Shown here: positions 18,827 to 33,821 of the stretch, one piece after another
How the letters are laid out: each line of letters begins with the position of its first letter
Numbering within the stretch: position 1 is the stretch's first letter
NCBI GenBank assembly: GCA_963674825.1
Contig: OY771587.1
Span: forward strand, 864,001-928,000
From: Candidatus Cloacimonadales bacterium
GTDB taxonomy: Bacteria > Cloacimonadota > Cloacimonadia > Cloacimonadales > JAIOQZ01
Direction: 5' to 3'
Length of the DNA stretch: 64,000 nt
Notes under the pieces: model-generated
Databases searched by the model: none
What the model was told of the DNA's origin: nothing
The model's input: only the letters and a program-made list of their open reading frames with translations
Program-made: the position numbers and the translations under genes

Positions 18827-21169
18827 TCAGTCGGTCAAATCATGGTCAACAGTTGTTTTTTCCGTCAAGATTGTTCTATAATCTGCCGTCTTTCCGTCTG
18901 TCTCGATCACCAGTGCGCCATCGATACCACTTATCGCCAGATTCTCCTGTAAGAAGGCGAAACGATCCAGCACAACTTCGTCCGGAAGCTTTCTCTGGTC
19001 GCCCACAGTGCAAGAAATAAAAGCATATTCCGGACGTACACATTCGATGAAATTCTGATTCGAAGAGGTCTCGCTACCATGGTGGGCCACCTTGAGAAAA
19101 TCAGCGTCCAATCGTTCACCGAAACGCTCGACAAGCACCGTTTCCAGATCGGCGTGGATATCCGCAGTAAAGAGCGCAGAAAAATCACCGTAGTCGATAC
19201 GAATTACCATGGAGTGGTTGTTGATCGTATCCGAAGAATAATCCTCCGCTGGATGCAAAATGGAGAGCTTCGCTTCACCCAGTTCCAGCCGCATGGTATC
19301 GCGTACTACAAAAATTTCGGTATCGCCGGTGTTTCTCAGGAATTGCTTGCCGATATCCGCCTCAAAGAATTCGTCCGGGGCATAGAGACGCTCGATTGCC
19401 ACGTCCTTCTTGATCGATTCGTATCCACCGTAATGATCCTGATGCTCGTGAGTAATGAATACCGCATCGAGTCGCTTGATGCCGCACTCACGGAAGTAAC
19501 CGCGCGCTGAATGAAGATACGTTCCACGTGTCTCATCATCTGGTCCGGTATCGATCATGAATGTCGCACCTGGGGCTTCGATCAAAGCCATATCCGCGTT
19601 TCCGCAATCGAAGCAAGTTATACGCAATCGCTGCTGACTATGAATCATCGGATGCATAAAGAACACCGCACCCACAAGTGCAGCGGGAATCGCCCATCGG
19701 TAATTTTTATGGAAAACAATCAACGCAGCCATGACGAGTAGTAGTCCCCCAACTAGCTGAATCTCGCTGAATCCGATGTTGTCCACCCGGAGGGGAAGTC
19801 TTGCGGAAAAAGCGGTGAAACGCTGCATGACCCCAAGCAACAAATCAAACGCGGAGCGATAGATATCGATCAGCCAGGAGACATCTGGCAGAAACACGAT
19901 GAGCAGCGACATCGGAAGGATCAGTGAAAGCATTGGGATGCCAACGAGGTTGCTGACGACGCTGTTGAGATTCAACGTATGAAAGTAGTAAAGAGTGAAT
20001 GGTGCGAGTGAAAGCGTGATCAGCAGCGATGCGAGAACCAACCGGAAAACCCACAGCACAAACTGCCCTGGGATGTTCTTGCGGGAGATGCGGACACGCG
20101 AAAAGATGTGTTCTTCCAGAAACGGGTAGCTGCTGAGCAGTACCAGGATCGAAGCGAAAGAGAGCTGGAACCCGGCTGAGAAAAGCTGCCTTGGCGCGAT
20201 CGCGGTGATAACGATTGCCGCGAGTGCAAGGATATGGATTCGGAGTGGTCTTCGCTGGATTACACGTGATAGCAGATAAAGAGAAATCATGATGGTTGCT
20301 CGGGTAACGGGTGCTTTCCATGCGCACAGCGCAGCGTAGAATACAAGGATGCCAATCAAGATCAGGCTCGCGATCTTGCGGTTAGGAATCGCGACCACCA
20401 ACAGCGCGTACAACACCATGGCGATCAACCCGGTATGCAGCCCACTAACCGCCAGAAGATGCGCCAGACCAGCGTCTCGAAACACCGTTACATAGCCTTC
20501 ACCTCGAGGGACCATCCCCAGTGTGATATTACGCACAAAGCCTGCACTCTTTCCAAACCTCTCTTCAATCCGCCGTACCATCCAGCGTCTGACCGGCACG
20601 ATCACATGACCGTTGAGGCCTCGCCATCGCCCTATCTTCGCCATTTCATGGGAAGCAATCGCACTGCCGTCGATTCCACGGATCGAATAATACTCATCCA
20701 GCCCGATCTGGCCCGGATTGGAAGCACGCTGCAGTCCGTGAAGCGTGGCTCGACCTCTGATTAGATCCCCATACACCAGGCTATCCTGCTCCGTGAAGAG
20801 CAGAAGCTTTCCATTAATCGAAACATCTGCGATTTCGTGTAGTTCAAACTCGTACCGGTATCTGCTTCCCGAAGCCGTTGCATCGGATATGATCCGGCCT
20901 TCGACTACTCGATTGAAGACCGATTCGGCCTCGAACAGGTGAGAAATGTGATCTTGCGGCTTCGGCACGGAGATACGCGCCATACCAAGCAGTATCGTCA
21001 GAAGAAGAAGCGCGTACAGTCTCATCCTGGTCGAAATTGCGAAAGGAATAATGAGAATCAATACGATCAATAAGTAGAAAAAGGGGATATTCAAAAGATT
21101 ACCCAGCAATATGCCGATAAGCCAACAGATTGCCAGGAAGGTCACACCGGTAAGTCTATCCTGTTCCAC
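18827..21169 (-). CDS. comEC: ComEC/Rec2 DNA uptake protein
   Basis: GLAHLLAVSGLH, GFQLSF, multi-TM core, MBL domain THEHQDH and KVAHHGS. Confidence 0.95.
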   Translation of the reverse strand: MEQDRLTGVTFLAICWLIGILLGNLLNIPFFYLLIVLILIIPFAISTRMRLYALLLLTILLGMARISVPKPQDHISHLFEAESVFNRVVEGRIISDATASGSRYRYEFELHEIADVSINGKLLLFTEQDSLVYGDLIRGRATLHGLQRASNPGQIGLDEYYSIRGIDGSAIASHEMAKIGRWRGLNGHVIVPVRRWMVRRIEERFGKSAGFVRNITLGMVPRGEGYVTVFRDAGLAHLLAVSGLHTGLIAMVLYALLVVAIPNRKIASLILIGILVFYAALCAWKAPVTRATIMISLYLLSRVIQRRPLRIHILALAAIVITAIAPRQLFSAGFQLSFASILVLLSSYPFLEEHIFSRVRISRKNIPGQFVLWVFRLVLASLLITLSLAPFTLYYFHTLNLNSVVSNLVGIPMLSLILPMSLLIVFLPDVSWLIDIYRSAFDLLLGVMQRFTAFSARLPLRVDNIGFSEIQLVGGLLLVMAALIVFHKNYRWAIPAALVGAVFFMHPMIHSQQRLRITCFDCGNADMALIEAPGATFMIDTGPDDETRGTYLHSARGYFRECGIKRLDAVFITHEHQDHYGGYESIKKDVAIERLYAPDEFFEADIGKQFLRNTGDTEIFVVRDTMRLELGEAKLSILHPAEDYSSDTINNHSMVIRIDYGDFSALFTADIHADLETVLVERFGERLDADFLKVAHHGSETSSNQNFIECVRPEYAFISCTVGDQRKLPDEVVLDRFAFLQENLAISGIDGALVIETDGKTADYRTILTEKTTVDHDLTD

Positions 21170-22115
21170 GATGCCGGTACCACTTCACGAATTGACGAAT
21201 GCCTTCCCGGAATGGTGTGGTTGGGTCATAACCAAGCAGCCTGCGCGCCTTAGAAACATCGGCAAAGGTTCGATCGACATCACCCGGTTGCATGGGCATC
21301 ATCTGTTGAACCGCTTTCATACCTAGTTCCTGCTCGAGTGTCTCCAGCAGTTCGCTGAGCATGATGGTGCGCGATTCTCCCAGGTTGATGATCTCGAATA
21401 CGTTTCCGCGCTGGATGAAATCGATGCTGCGCACAATTCCGTCCACGATATCATCGATATAAGTATAATCACGACTGGATGAACCGTCACCATAAACCTG
21501 GATGGGCTCGCCATTAGTGATCTTGCGTGTGAATTTATGGATCGCCAGATCAGGCCGCTGACCGGGTCCGTAAACTGTGAAGAACCGCAATCCAACGCAG
21601 GAGATACCGTATAGATGGTGCCAGGTGTGAGCGAGGAGCTCGGTCGCCTTCTTTGTCGCAGCATAGGGTGAGATGGGATGATCGACGGGGTCGTCTTCCG
21701 AAAACGGGACCTTCTCGTTGTTGCCATAGACAGATGACGAGGAGGCAAAGATAAGATTCTTCACACCCTGGATCCGACACTGTTCGAGAATATTTACCGT
21801 CCCACTCACGTTTACGTCCTGATACAACACCGGATCGGCGATCGACGGACGAACACCTGCCATTGCGGCCAGATGGACCACCAGATCGCAAGGAACGTTG
21901 AAGGCTCCGGCCAGAAATTCACGATCACGAATATCCCCTTCGCGGAGGCTGAATCGTTCATCCTTCATCATTTCGCGGATATTGCCTCTCTTGATCTCAG
22001 GATCGTAGTAGTCGCAGAAATTATCGATGCAACGGACATGATGTCCGTCGGCTAAAAGTCGTTTCGAGAGATGGGATCCAATAAAGCCGGCACCGCCGGT
22101 CACGATAATGTTCAT
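21156..22115 (-). CDS. NAD-dependent epimerase (UDP-glucuronate 4-epimerase-like)
   Basis: TGGAGFIG, HLAAMAGVRPS, SSSSVYG, YAATK, RFFTVYGPGQRPDLA. Confidence 0.9.
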   Translation of the reverse strand: MNIIVTGGAGFIGSHLSKRLLADGHHVRCIDNFCDYYDPEIKRGNIREMMKDERFSLREGDIRDREFLAGAFNVPCDLVVHLAAMAGVRPSIADPVLYQDVNVSGTVNILEQCRIQGVKNLIFASSSSVYGNNEKVPFSEDDPVDHPISPYAATKKATELLAHTWHHLYGISCVGLRFFTVYGPGQRPDLAIHKFTRKITNGEPIQVYGDGSSSRDYTYIDDIVDGIVRSIDFIQRGNVFEIINLGESRTIMLSELLETLEQELGMKAVQQMMPMQPGDVDRTFADVSKARRLLGYDPTTPFREGIRQFVKWYRHRGTG

Positions 22116-22129
22116 GTAACCTCCTGTAA

Positions 22130-23179
22130 TTAAATCCGGTCGGATGTCAACCCAATAATGCCGCCACCCAGAAGACGCGTTCCACGATAGAACACCGCAG
22201 ATTGCCCCGGTGTTACGGCTCGAACAGGCTGTTCGAGTATGACTTCGGACTCCACAATATCCTTAACTGGCGCTGGCTTGCTGTTATAACGAATCTGCAC
22301 GCTAAGATCATCAATCTCCGGCTTGATACCGTCGAGCCAGTTAACCTGTGTAATCTCGAAACGATCCGTTGCGAGCCGATCAGGGTTGTCAGTGACGACA
22401 AGCCGGTTTGCAGCGGCGTCGATCCGAAGTACGTAGAGCGGTGCGCTCCAGGGAAGATCCATGCCGCGTCGCTGCCCGATCGTGTAGAGCGACAGCCCCT
22501 TGTGACGGCCAATCACCGTGCCGTCGTGTAACACGATATCCCCAGGCTTTTCGTCGAAATATTGCCTGAGAAAATCACGGTAATCGCCGGGGATGAAGCA
22601 GTTTTCCTGGCTATCCGGGCTATCGTGGACCGGCAGTTCATGCTGCTTCGCGATCTCACGCACACGCGATTTTGGCAAGCTATCCAGCGGGAAAAGCGTT
22701 CTTCGCAGCATCTCCTGCGTAAGCCCCCACAGCATGTAGGTCTGATCGCGGTTACGATCCTCGGCACGGTGGACGTGATAAAGACCGTTCTCTTCCCGCA
22801 CGGTGACGTAGTGCCCCGTGGCCATGAACTCGGTGTCGAGCCGGTTCAGGAAAGCACCCCATTTGATCAGCGGATTGCAGCGCGTGCAGGGATTGGGCGT
22901 GTTGCCGATCTGATATTCTTTCACGAAGTAATCGATAATCTCGCGGTTGAACTCCTCCTGCACGTCGATCACGCTGTGCGGGATGCCCAGAATCCGGCAA
23001 ACTTCCTGCGCGCGCTCGATGGATGCCTCCAGCCCTTCCTCGTGGCTGAAGCCCATCTTCTCAGAGTCGAAATGCCGCATGGTCGCTCCGCGCACATCCC
23101 AGCCCTGTTCGAGCAAAAGGATTGCCGCCGCGGAGCTGTCCACTCCGCCACTCATCGCGACCGTTATCGATTTCGTCAT
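22130..23179 (-). CDS. mnmA: tRNA 2-thiouridylase
   Basis: AMSGGVDSS, TPNPCTRCN, ATGHY, DSQENCF, YTIGQRRG, TPGQSAVFY. Confidence 0.97.
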   Translation of the reverse strand: MTKSITVAMSGGVDSSAAAILLLEQGWDVRGATMRHFDSEKMGFSHEEGLEASIERAQEVCRILGIPHSVIDVQEEFNREIIDYFVKEYQIGNTPNPCTRCNPLIKWGAFLNRLDTEFMATGHYVTVREENGLYHVHRAEDRNRDQTYMLWGLTQEMLRRTLFPLDSLPKSRVREIAKQHELPVHDSPDSQENCFIPGDYRDFLRQYFDEKPGDIVLHDGTVIGRHKGLSLYTIGQRRGMDLPWSAPLYVLRIDAAANRLVVTDNPDRLATDRFEITQVNWLDGIKPEIDDLSVQIRYNSKPAPVKDIVESEVILEQPVRAVTPGQSAVFYRGTRLLGGGIIGLTSDRI

Positions 23180-23255
23180 ATTTTTTCCCTAAATATAATT
23201 CCAACTTCTGAAGATTGATAGATCGATCAACACTCAATTTCGCATACATTCGCCC

Positions 23256-23281
23256 ATGCTTCGACTCCGCTCAGCATGACA
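23256..23281. repeat. REP-like palindromic repeat, copy 1
   Basis: atgcttcgactccgctcagcatgaca; its 16-nt core is identical to the copy at 63250. Confidence 0.8.
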
Positions 23282-23295
23282 AAGAGAAAACAGAC

Positions 23296-24552
23296 TTATC
23301 CCTTAAGCCTCGTGATATCCGCACCCAGCTTGCGAAGCTTCTCGTCAATGTTCTCGTACCCACGATCGATGTGATAGATTCGGGAAACCTCGGTCTTGCC
23401 TTCGGCCGCCAATCCTGCCAGCACAAGCGCTGCGCTGGCTCGCAGATCCGTCGCCATCACGGGTGATCCGCTCAGATGCGGCACCCCGTTGATCACGGCG
23501 ATGTTGCGATCGAGCTGGATATCGGCGTCCATGCGATTGATCTCGGCAACATGCATGAAACGGTTCGGGAAAATGGTGTCCTCAATAACGCTGGAGCCAT
23601 CAGCGATGGTCATCAGCGCCATGAACTGCGCCTGCAAGTCAGTAGGAAATCCAGGGTAAGGTTGCGTAGTTATACGCAGTGGTTTGATGGTCTCTTCCGC
23701 GGGATGGATGCGAATATTGCAACCTTCCACGTCGATATGGAAACCGGCCTCGCGAAGCTTGCCAAGCGGTCCGCGAATATGCTCGGGAACGCAGTTTTCC
23801 ACGGTGATGTCGCTACGAGTTATCGCGCCGGCCACCAGAAGAGTTCCGGCTTCGATACGGTCCGGCACCATCTCGGTCTCGACCGCTTTGAGCTCTTTCA
23901 CGCCGCGAATTCGCAGGTGATTGGTGTCGCGTCCATCGATATCCGCACCCATGAGGTTTAGGAAATCGACCAGCGCTCCGATCTCTGGCTCTAGTGCGGC
24001 ATTCCAGATATCGGTGATGCCATCTGCAAGAACCGCCGCCATAAGCGTGTTCGCGGTTGCGCCAACACTGATCTTCTCGAAGACGATATCTGCACCCTTG
24101 AGTTGCTCCGAACGGGCAATGATATAACCATGCGCGATCTTGATATCTGCGCCCAGCGTCTTCATAGCCGTCAGATGCATGTCAACCGGTCGTGTTCCAA
24201 TCGCGCATCCACCGGGGAACGAAACGTCCGCCTGATGCAGGCGCGCCAGAAGCGGACCCAGTACGTAGATGGAGGCCCGCATCTTGCTTACCAGCTCGTA
24301 GGGGGCCTCGGTGTAGGAGCAGTTGGTAGCGTCAATGATGAGCGTGTCGCCCTCGAAATCAACGCGCGCTCCGATGATGCGTAGGAGATGTGCCATCATC
24401 TTGACGTCGTTGATCTGCGGGACATTGTGCAGAACGGTTCTACCGGGAGCAAGCAGCGCAGCGGTCATAAGCGGTAAGGCAGCATTCTTTGCGCCACTGA
24501 CCCGCACGTTTCCGCTGAGCTTCTTTCCACCGCGAATAACAAATTTATCCAT
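23296..24552 (-). CDS. murA: UDP-N-acetylglucosamine 1-carboxyvinyltransferase
   Basis: SGAKNAALP, MRAS, PGGCAIGTRP, DRIEAGT, GFPTDLQAQ, HIDRGYE. Confidence 0.98.
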   Translation of the reverse strand: MDKFVIRGGKKLSGNVRVSGAKNAALPLMTAALLAPGRTVLHNVPQINDVKMMAHLLRIIGARVDFEGDTLIIDATNCSYTEAPYELVSKMRASIYVLGPLLARLHQADVSFPGGCAIGTRPVDMHLTAMKTLGADIKIAHGYIIARSEQLKGADIVFEKISVGATANTLMAAVLADGITDIWNAALEPEIGALVDFLNLMGADIDGRDTNHLRIRGVKELKAVETEMVPDRIEAGTLLVAGAITRSDITVENCVPEHIRGPLGKLREAGFHIDVEGCNIRIHPAEETIKPLRITTQPYPGFPTDLQAQFMALMTIADGSSVIEDTIFPNRFMHVAEINRMDADIQLDRNIAVINGVPHLSGSPVMATDLRASAALVLAGLAAEGKTEVSRIYHIDRGYENIDEKLRKLGADITRLKG

Positions 24553-24559
24553 AATCTGT

Positions 24560-25399
24560 TTACCTTCCGATCACCGCGATCCTGTCCAGATCGTTGTAAT
24601 CCTTCTGTATGTTGATATTGTTGTAACCGTGAGATCTGGCGAGTTCCGTTATCGCCTCAGCCTGTTTCGAGCCGATCTCGAGCAGGATTTTGCCGCCCTC
24701 GGCAAGATAGTTTTCCGCGCCTTCAATGATACGTCGATAAGCGTTCATACCTTCTTCACCCGCTGTCAGGGCCAGCTTCGGCTCGTAACGGGTGATCTCC
24801 GGCGCAAGAGTTTCGTACTCATCGTCACGGATATAAGGAGGATTGGAAATGATCAAGCCATATTTTTCCGAAGGGACATTTTCGTAGATATCGGAGTGAA
24901 AAAACTGTACGTCTGCGGTGTTGACGATCGCATTCTTTTCGGCGAGTTCCAGCGCTTCTTGCGATATATCCACCGCGTGAACCGTGATGCCGGGGAACTG
25001 TCGCAAGATCGCTATCGGGATCGCGCCCGATCCGGTTCCGATCTCAAGAATCTTCGTGTCGAAGCGGCAGAATCCGATTGCTTTCTCAACCAGTAACTCC
25101 GTTTCCGGGCGAGGTATGAGAACACGGGGATCTACTTCGATTTTATAGCCATAGAACTCGGTATAGCCTACGATATACTGAAGCGGCTCGCGGTTTGCGC
25201 GCCGCACGACATACGCCTTCAGGCGGTCGCGTTCCTTGGGATTTAGCGGTTGCTCAAAGCGTAGGTAAAGTTCGAGTCTAGGGATATCGAGCACTTCCGA
25301 AAGCAGATATTCCGCTTCCAGTCTTGGATTCTCGATGCCGCGCTCGAGAAAGAAGTTCGTTGTCCACTTGAGGACTTCGAGGATGGTCCAGAGTTTCAC
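24560..25399 (-). CDS. prmC: Release factor glutamine methyltransferase
   Basis: EPLQYIVG, VLIPRPETELLVE, EIGTGSG, SNPPY. Confidence 0.96.
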   Translation of the reverse strand: MKLWTILEVLKWTTNFFLERGIENPRLEAEYLLSEVLDIPRLELYLRFEQPLNPKERDRLKAYVVRRANREPLQYIVGYTEFYGYKIEVDPRVLIPRPETELLVEKAIGFCRFDTKILEIGTGSGAIPIAILRQFPGITVHAVDISQEALELAEKNAIVNTADVQFFHSDIYENVPSEKYGLIISNPPYIRDDEYETLAPEITRYEPKLALTAGEEGMNAYRRIIEGAENYLAEGGKILLEIGSKQAEAITELARSHGYNNINIQKDYNDLDRIAVIGR

Positions 25400-26307
25400 G
25401 ATTCGTTGAAATGCTTTTCTATAATGATGGATCTTCCGCCGTGATCGAATCTGACCGAATCCGCCAGCGTCCTAATAAACATAATTCCCCTGCCGATATG
25501 CTCCAACGAGCAGGTGGAAAGTTCCTTGTCGATATGCTTTCGATAGTCGAAACCGTCTCCGGTGTCACGCACCGCGATGCTGATCTGATGATCTTCTGGT
25601 TGCATGGAGCATTTGATCTCAATGTTCTGTTCTTTCATCTCATCCATCGCCAAACGCTCTTCAAGGTAGCATTTGTATTCATGCAATTCCAGGTGCCGCT
25701 GTTCGGGCTTAAGCTTGAGTATACCGTGAATCAGCGCGTTCTGAACCATCTCGTCGAGGCACATTTCGAGCGTCGAAAGTGCGGCTGGAGGAATGCAGAT
25801 ATCGCCAAGAAAGAGCTGGATTACGTTTTGTGCGATGTGCGGCTGAGCAAGCTCGATCCCTTTGAACATGAAGGTCATGCTGATCTGATTTAACGCCTTC
25901 ATGACACACTTCCGGGAGGTTTCGCGTTGCTGTTGGGCAAGTTTTTTGCGGATTGAGTCCAGAAGGTTGGCAGGATTATCGGGGATTTCGATGAGATCGT
26001 GTGCGCCGGCACGTATGGCGCGTACGGCATAAGATGAATTCAGGTGATCGACCATGAGGATAACCGGCAGCGATTCCCGGACCGTTTTTTTGATCCGTTC
26101 CAAGAGCTCGAGCCCATTGATATCAGGCTGTTCCTCACGGATTACGACGAGATCGAAATGCGAATATGACACCCGCTTCAGGGCTTTGCCAGGTTCGGTT
26201 GCGTTTTCCAGATAATATCCGTTCCATTGCAGTGGATTTTGCAGCAACCGATAAGCATCGCCCGAACGATCTACGATCAGTATTCGGAAGCGCTGTTCGG
26301 AATCCAT
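25396..26307 (-). CDS. Atypical receiver domain fused to an anti-sigma-type Ser kinase (HATPase_c_2)
   Basis: N-terminal REC fold; C-terminal EMVQNALIHG, VRDTGDGFD, GRGIMFI. Start is ATG 26307 or TTG 26313. Confidence 0.8.
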   Translation of the reverse strand: MDSEQRFRILIVDRSGDAYRLLQNPLQWNGYYLENATEPGKALKRVSYSHFDLVVIREEQPDINGLELLERIKKTVRESLPVILMVDHLNSSYAVRAIRAGAHDLIEIPDNPANLLDSIRKKLAQQQRETSRKCVMKALNQISMTFMFKGIELAQPHIAQNVIQLFLGDICIPPAALSTLEMCLDEMVQNALIHGILKLKPEQRHLELHEYKCYLEERLAMDEMKEQNIEIKCSMQPEDHQISIAVRDTGDGFDYRKHIDKELSTCSLEHIGRGIMFIRTLADSVRFDHGGRSIIIEKHFNES

Positions 26308-26313
26308 CCTCAA

Positions 26314-26622
26314 TTACATATTGATGGAAAAGAGCTGATCCAGCTTTATTGTGGTGAGAAGTTCGTAAACGATCGGCGATGACTTGACGATTTCGATCTT
26401 ACCGTCGCGGGTCATGAATTCCTTATAGAATATCAAAAGCTTGCCGATGCCGGAACTGCTGATGTTCTTGCATGCGGAGAGATCCAACTCGAGCAGCGTC
26501 GCGTCGGAATCGAGCACTTCGCTGAGTTTATCTTTGAATATATAGGCGTTATCGCTGGTAATCGAGCCTTCGACCTTTATCTTTGCTTTCTTACCTTCAA
26601 ATTCAAGAATCAATTCCATCAT
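26314..26622 (-). CDS. STAS-domain anti-anti-sigma factor
   Basis: VEGSITS, LDLSACKNISSSGIGKL, LDQLF (SpoIIAA/RsbV pattern). Confidence 0.88.
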   Translation of the reverse strand: MMELILEFEGKKAKIKVEGSITSDNAYIFKDKLSEVLDSDATLLELDLSACKNISSSGIGKLLIFYKEFMTRDGKIEIVKSSPIVYELLTTIKLDQLFSINM

Positions 26623-26651
26623 AACCCCCTTGATTTGTAATTCGCGGCTGA

Positions 26652-28745
26652 CTAATAACCCCGAATTTTACGCAAAATATTCTCCTGAATGACAGAAGTT
26701 ACCTTTTCGTATTTAAAAAATTCCATGGTGTAGATCGCACGTCCCTGTGAGAGCGAACGAAGCTGCGTGGCATAGCCGAACATCTCGCTCATTGGGATTT
26801 CGCAGACGATCTCCTGTTTATTGAGCTGCCGCCTGATCGTCTCGATCCTGCCGCGCCTTGAATTGACATCACCAATGATATCGCCCACGAATTCTTCCGG
26901 TGTAATCACCGACACGAGCATAATCGGCTCCATAAGGCAGGGCGTACAACTCGACAGACCCTTGCTGACAGCCATCGACGCAGCGATGCGGAATGCCGTA
27001 TCGCTCGAATCGACCTCGTTGAAGCCACCGCCGACCAACTCGATCTTGAGCCGTTCAACCGGTGCGCTCATCAGGGGGCCGTCCATACAAGCGCTTACAG
27101 CACCATCTTCGATAGCCTCCCAGTATTGATGTGGGATAGTCTGCTCGTTAACATGATTCTCGAACAGCACTTTCTTTCCCTTGGGAAGCTCGTTAAGATC
27201 GATTGGCGTAAACCGCAGCTTAACGATCGCGTAATGTCCCTTTCCGCCCATTTCGCGGATGAACTCAGCGTATTCCTCATGCTGCTTGTTGATCGATTCC
27301 TTGTAAGCGACCTGCGGATTTCCAATATTTGCCGCAACACCGAACTCGCGTTTCAGACGATCGACGATGATTTCCAGATGCAGCTCACCCATACCGGAGA
27401 GTAGCGTCTGGCCCGTTTCCTTGTCCTGACGAACACGGAAGGTTGGATCTTCGTCTTCGAGTTTACCGAGTGCGGTATGAAGCTTTTCTTCGTCCGCCTT
27501 GGTCTTGGGCTCGATAGCGATGGAGATCACGCCATCCGGAAATTCGATCGGAGCAAGCAGGATATCGTTACCGTCCTCGACCATCGTATCACCAGTAGAA
27601 ACCATCTTCGGACCGATGATCGCAGCAATGTCTCCCGCATGCAGTTCGTCGATATCGTTCTTCCGGTTCGAGAACATCTGCACGATGCGCCCGATCCGTT
27701 CACGCTTACCTGACGACTGATTGAGGAAGACAGTGCTCTTCTTGATAGAGCCGGAATAGACCCGCACATAGATCAGCTTGCCGACATATTTGTCGTTCTG
27801 CACCTTAAATGCCAGCGCGGAAAACTTGCCCGTGCTATCGGGGAAGACTTCCACGATGTCACCCGTCTTACGGTCGATCGCCTCTGCAGGTGGGACTTCG
27901 GACGGTGAAGGCAGGAAATTGACAATCCCATCCATCAGTAGCTGTACCCCGGTATTGCGCAGCGATGAGCCACATAAAATCGGTATAAAGCCGTGATTGA
28001 TGGTCGCGTTGCGGATCACTTGAATCAGAAAATTCTGATCGACATCATCACCCTCGAGGAATTTTTCCATTAGCTGGTCGTCCGTCTCGGAAAGAGCTTC
28101 GAGCAATTGCTCTCGCGCTTCTTCAGCAGCATCCAGGTATTCGTCGGGAATGTCATCCTCGGTGTAGTTGAATCCGAGCGATTTGGGATCGAAATGATAC
28201 GCGCGCATCGCGACAAGGTCGATAATTCCAGTGAATTTCTCTTCCTTGCCGATGGGCAACTGAATCGGGAAGGCTTTCTTGGTGAGCCGATCGTTGATCA
28301 TCTCGACGACGACATCGAAGTCAGCGCCGGAGCGATCGATCTTGTTCACGAACGCGATGCGGGGAACTTTATATCGATCTGCCTGATGCCAGACAGTTTC
28401 CGACTGTGGTTCGACTCCGCCCACCGCGCAGAATATGCCTACCGCACCGTCGAGCACTCGCAGGGAGCGCTCGACTTCAGCGGTAAAATCCACGTGTCCA
28501 GGTGTATCGATTATATTGATCTGTTTCTCTTTCCAGAAGCAGGAAGTCACAGCGGAAGTAATGGTGATTCCGCGTTCCTTCTCCTGTTCCATCCAGTCCA
28601 TGAAGGCGGTGCCGTCGTGGACTTCACCCATTCTGTGAAGGTATCCGGTGTAATACAGGATCCGTTCGGTCGTCGTCGTTTTACCGGCGTCGATATGGGC
28701 GATGATTCCGATATTCCGGATTCGTGATAAATCTATAGGAGGCAC
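26652..28745 (-). CDS. fusA: Elongation factor G (divergent domain IV)
   Basis: [33 protein letters not shown]; follows rpsL-rpsG. Confidence 0.95.
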   Translation of the reverse strand: MPPIDLSRIRNIGIIAHIDAGKTTTTERILYYTGYLHRMGEVHDGTAFMDWMEQEKERGITITSAVTSCFWKEKQINIIDTPGHVDFTAEVERSLRVLDGAVGIFCAVGGVEPQSETVWHQADRYKVPRIAFVNKIDRSGADFDVVVEMINDRLTKKAFPIQLPIGKEEKFTGIIDLVAMRAYHFDPKSLGFNYTEDDIPDEYLDAAEEAREQLLEALSETDDQLMEKFLEGDDVDQNFLIQVIRNATINHGFIPILCGSSLRNTGVQLLMDGIVNFLPSPSEVPPAEAIDRKTGDIVEVFPDSTGKFSALAFKVQNDKYVGKLIYVRVYSGSIKKSTVFLNQSSGKRERIGRIVQMFSNRKNDIDELHAGDIAAIIGPKMVSTGDTMVEDGNDILLAPIEFPDGVISIAIEPKTKADEEKLHTALGKLEDEDPTFRVRQDKETGQTLLSGMGELHLEIIVDRLKREFGVAANIGNPQVAYKESINKQHEEYAEFIREMGGKGHYAIVKLRFTPIDLNELPKGKKVLFENHVNEQTIPHQYWEAIEDGAVSACMDGPLMSAPVERLKIELVGGGFNEVDSSDTAFRIAASMAVSKGLSSCTPCLMEPIMLVSVITPEEFVGDIIGDVNSRRGRIETIRRQLNKQEIVCEIPMSEMFGYATQLRSLSQGRAIYTMEFFKYEKVTSVIQENILRKIRGY

Positions 28746-28772
28746 GAGTACCTCGTTTTTTCACTTTCTGCA

Positions 28773-29243
28773 CTACCAGCGAAGGTGTGCAAATGCCTTG
28801 TTAGACTCCGCCATCTTGTGGGTGTCTTCGCGTTTTTTGACGCTGGCGCCTTCGTTCTTGTAGGCTGCCAGGAGTTCGCCAGCCAGACGATCCTGCATGG
28901 TGTTCTCAGAACGCTTCTTAGCGTAGCTGATGATCCAGCGGAATGCGAGAGCCTGAGCGTTCTTTGCGTTCACTTCGATCGGGACCTGGTAGTTTGAACC
29001 ACCGACGCGCTTGGAAACAACCTTAACAAGCGGACGAACATTCTCGAGCGCTTGGTTGAAGACTTCCATCGGGTCTTTCTTGGTCTTTTCTTCGATAATT
29101 CCGAGTGCGTTGTAAACGATGGTCTCGGCGATACTTTTTTTACCGCGCAACATGACGTTGTTTATGAACTTACTCAGAATAACACTTTTATATTTGGGAT
29201 CCGGGAGAACGACTCTTTCCTGGATTTTTCTTCTTCTCGACAT
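28773..29243 (-). CDS. rpsG: 30S ribosomal protein S7
   Basis: PDPKY, GKKSIAE, RVGGSNYQVP, HKMAESNKAFAH. Confidence 0.99.
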   Translation of the reverse strand: MSRRRKIQERVVLPDPKYKSVILSKFINNVMLRGKKSIAETIVYNALGIIEEKTKKDPMEVFNQALENVRPLVKVVSKRVGGSNYQVPIEVNAKNAQALAFRWIISYAKKRSENTMQDRLAGELLAAYKNEGASVKKREDTHKMAESNKAFAHLRW

Positions 29244-29255
29244 CTTATTCCTCCA

Positions 29256-29630
29256 CTACTTCTTAGGCCGCTTGGTTCCGTATTTCGAACGGGACTGTGT
29301 ACGGTTGTCGACACCACTGGTATCAAGTGCACCGCGGACGATATGATAGCGGACACCGGGAAGGTCCTTAACACGACCACCGCGAACGAGAACGATCGAG
29401 TGTTCCTGAAGGTTATGTCCCTCACCGGGAATGTAAGCTGTTACTTCAAAACCGTTGGTCAATCTGACCCTGGCGACTTTACGAAGCGCTGAGTTCGGTT
29501 TCTTCGGTGTCTGGGTATAAACCCTGGTACAGACGCCGCGACGCTGCGGGCATCCCATGAGCGCACGATTTTTCTTTTTCTTCTTAATCGTGGTTCTGCC
29601 TTTACGCACTAACTGATTGATTGTTGGCAC
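29256..29630 (-). CDS. rpsL: 30S ribosomal protein S12
   Basis: [27 protein letters not shown]. Confidence 0.99.
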   Translation of the reverse strand: MPTINQLVRKGRTTIKKKKKNRALMGCPQRRGVCTRVYTQTPKKPNSALRKVARVRLTNGFEVTAYIPGEGHNLQEHSIVLVRGGRVKDLPGVRYHIVRGALDTSGVDNRTQSRSKYGTKRPKK

Positions 29631-29654
29631 GTTAGTTCCTCCATGTTTTTATTA

Positions 29655-33809
<4,155 letters not shown>

Positions 33810-33821
33810 TGAAACCTCCGT

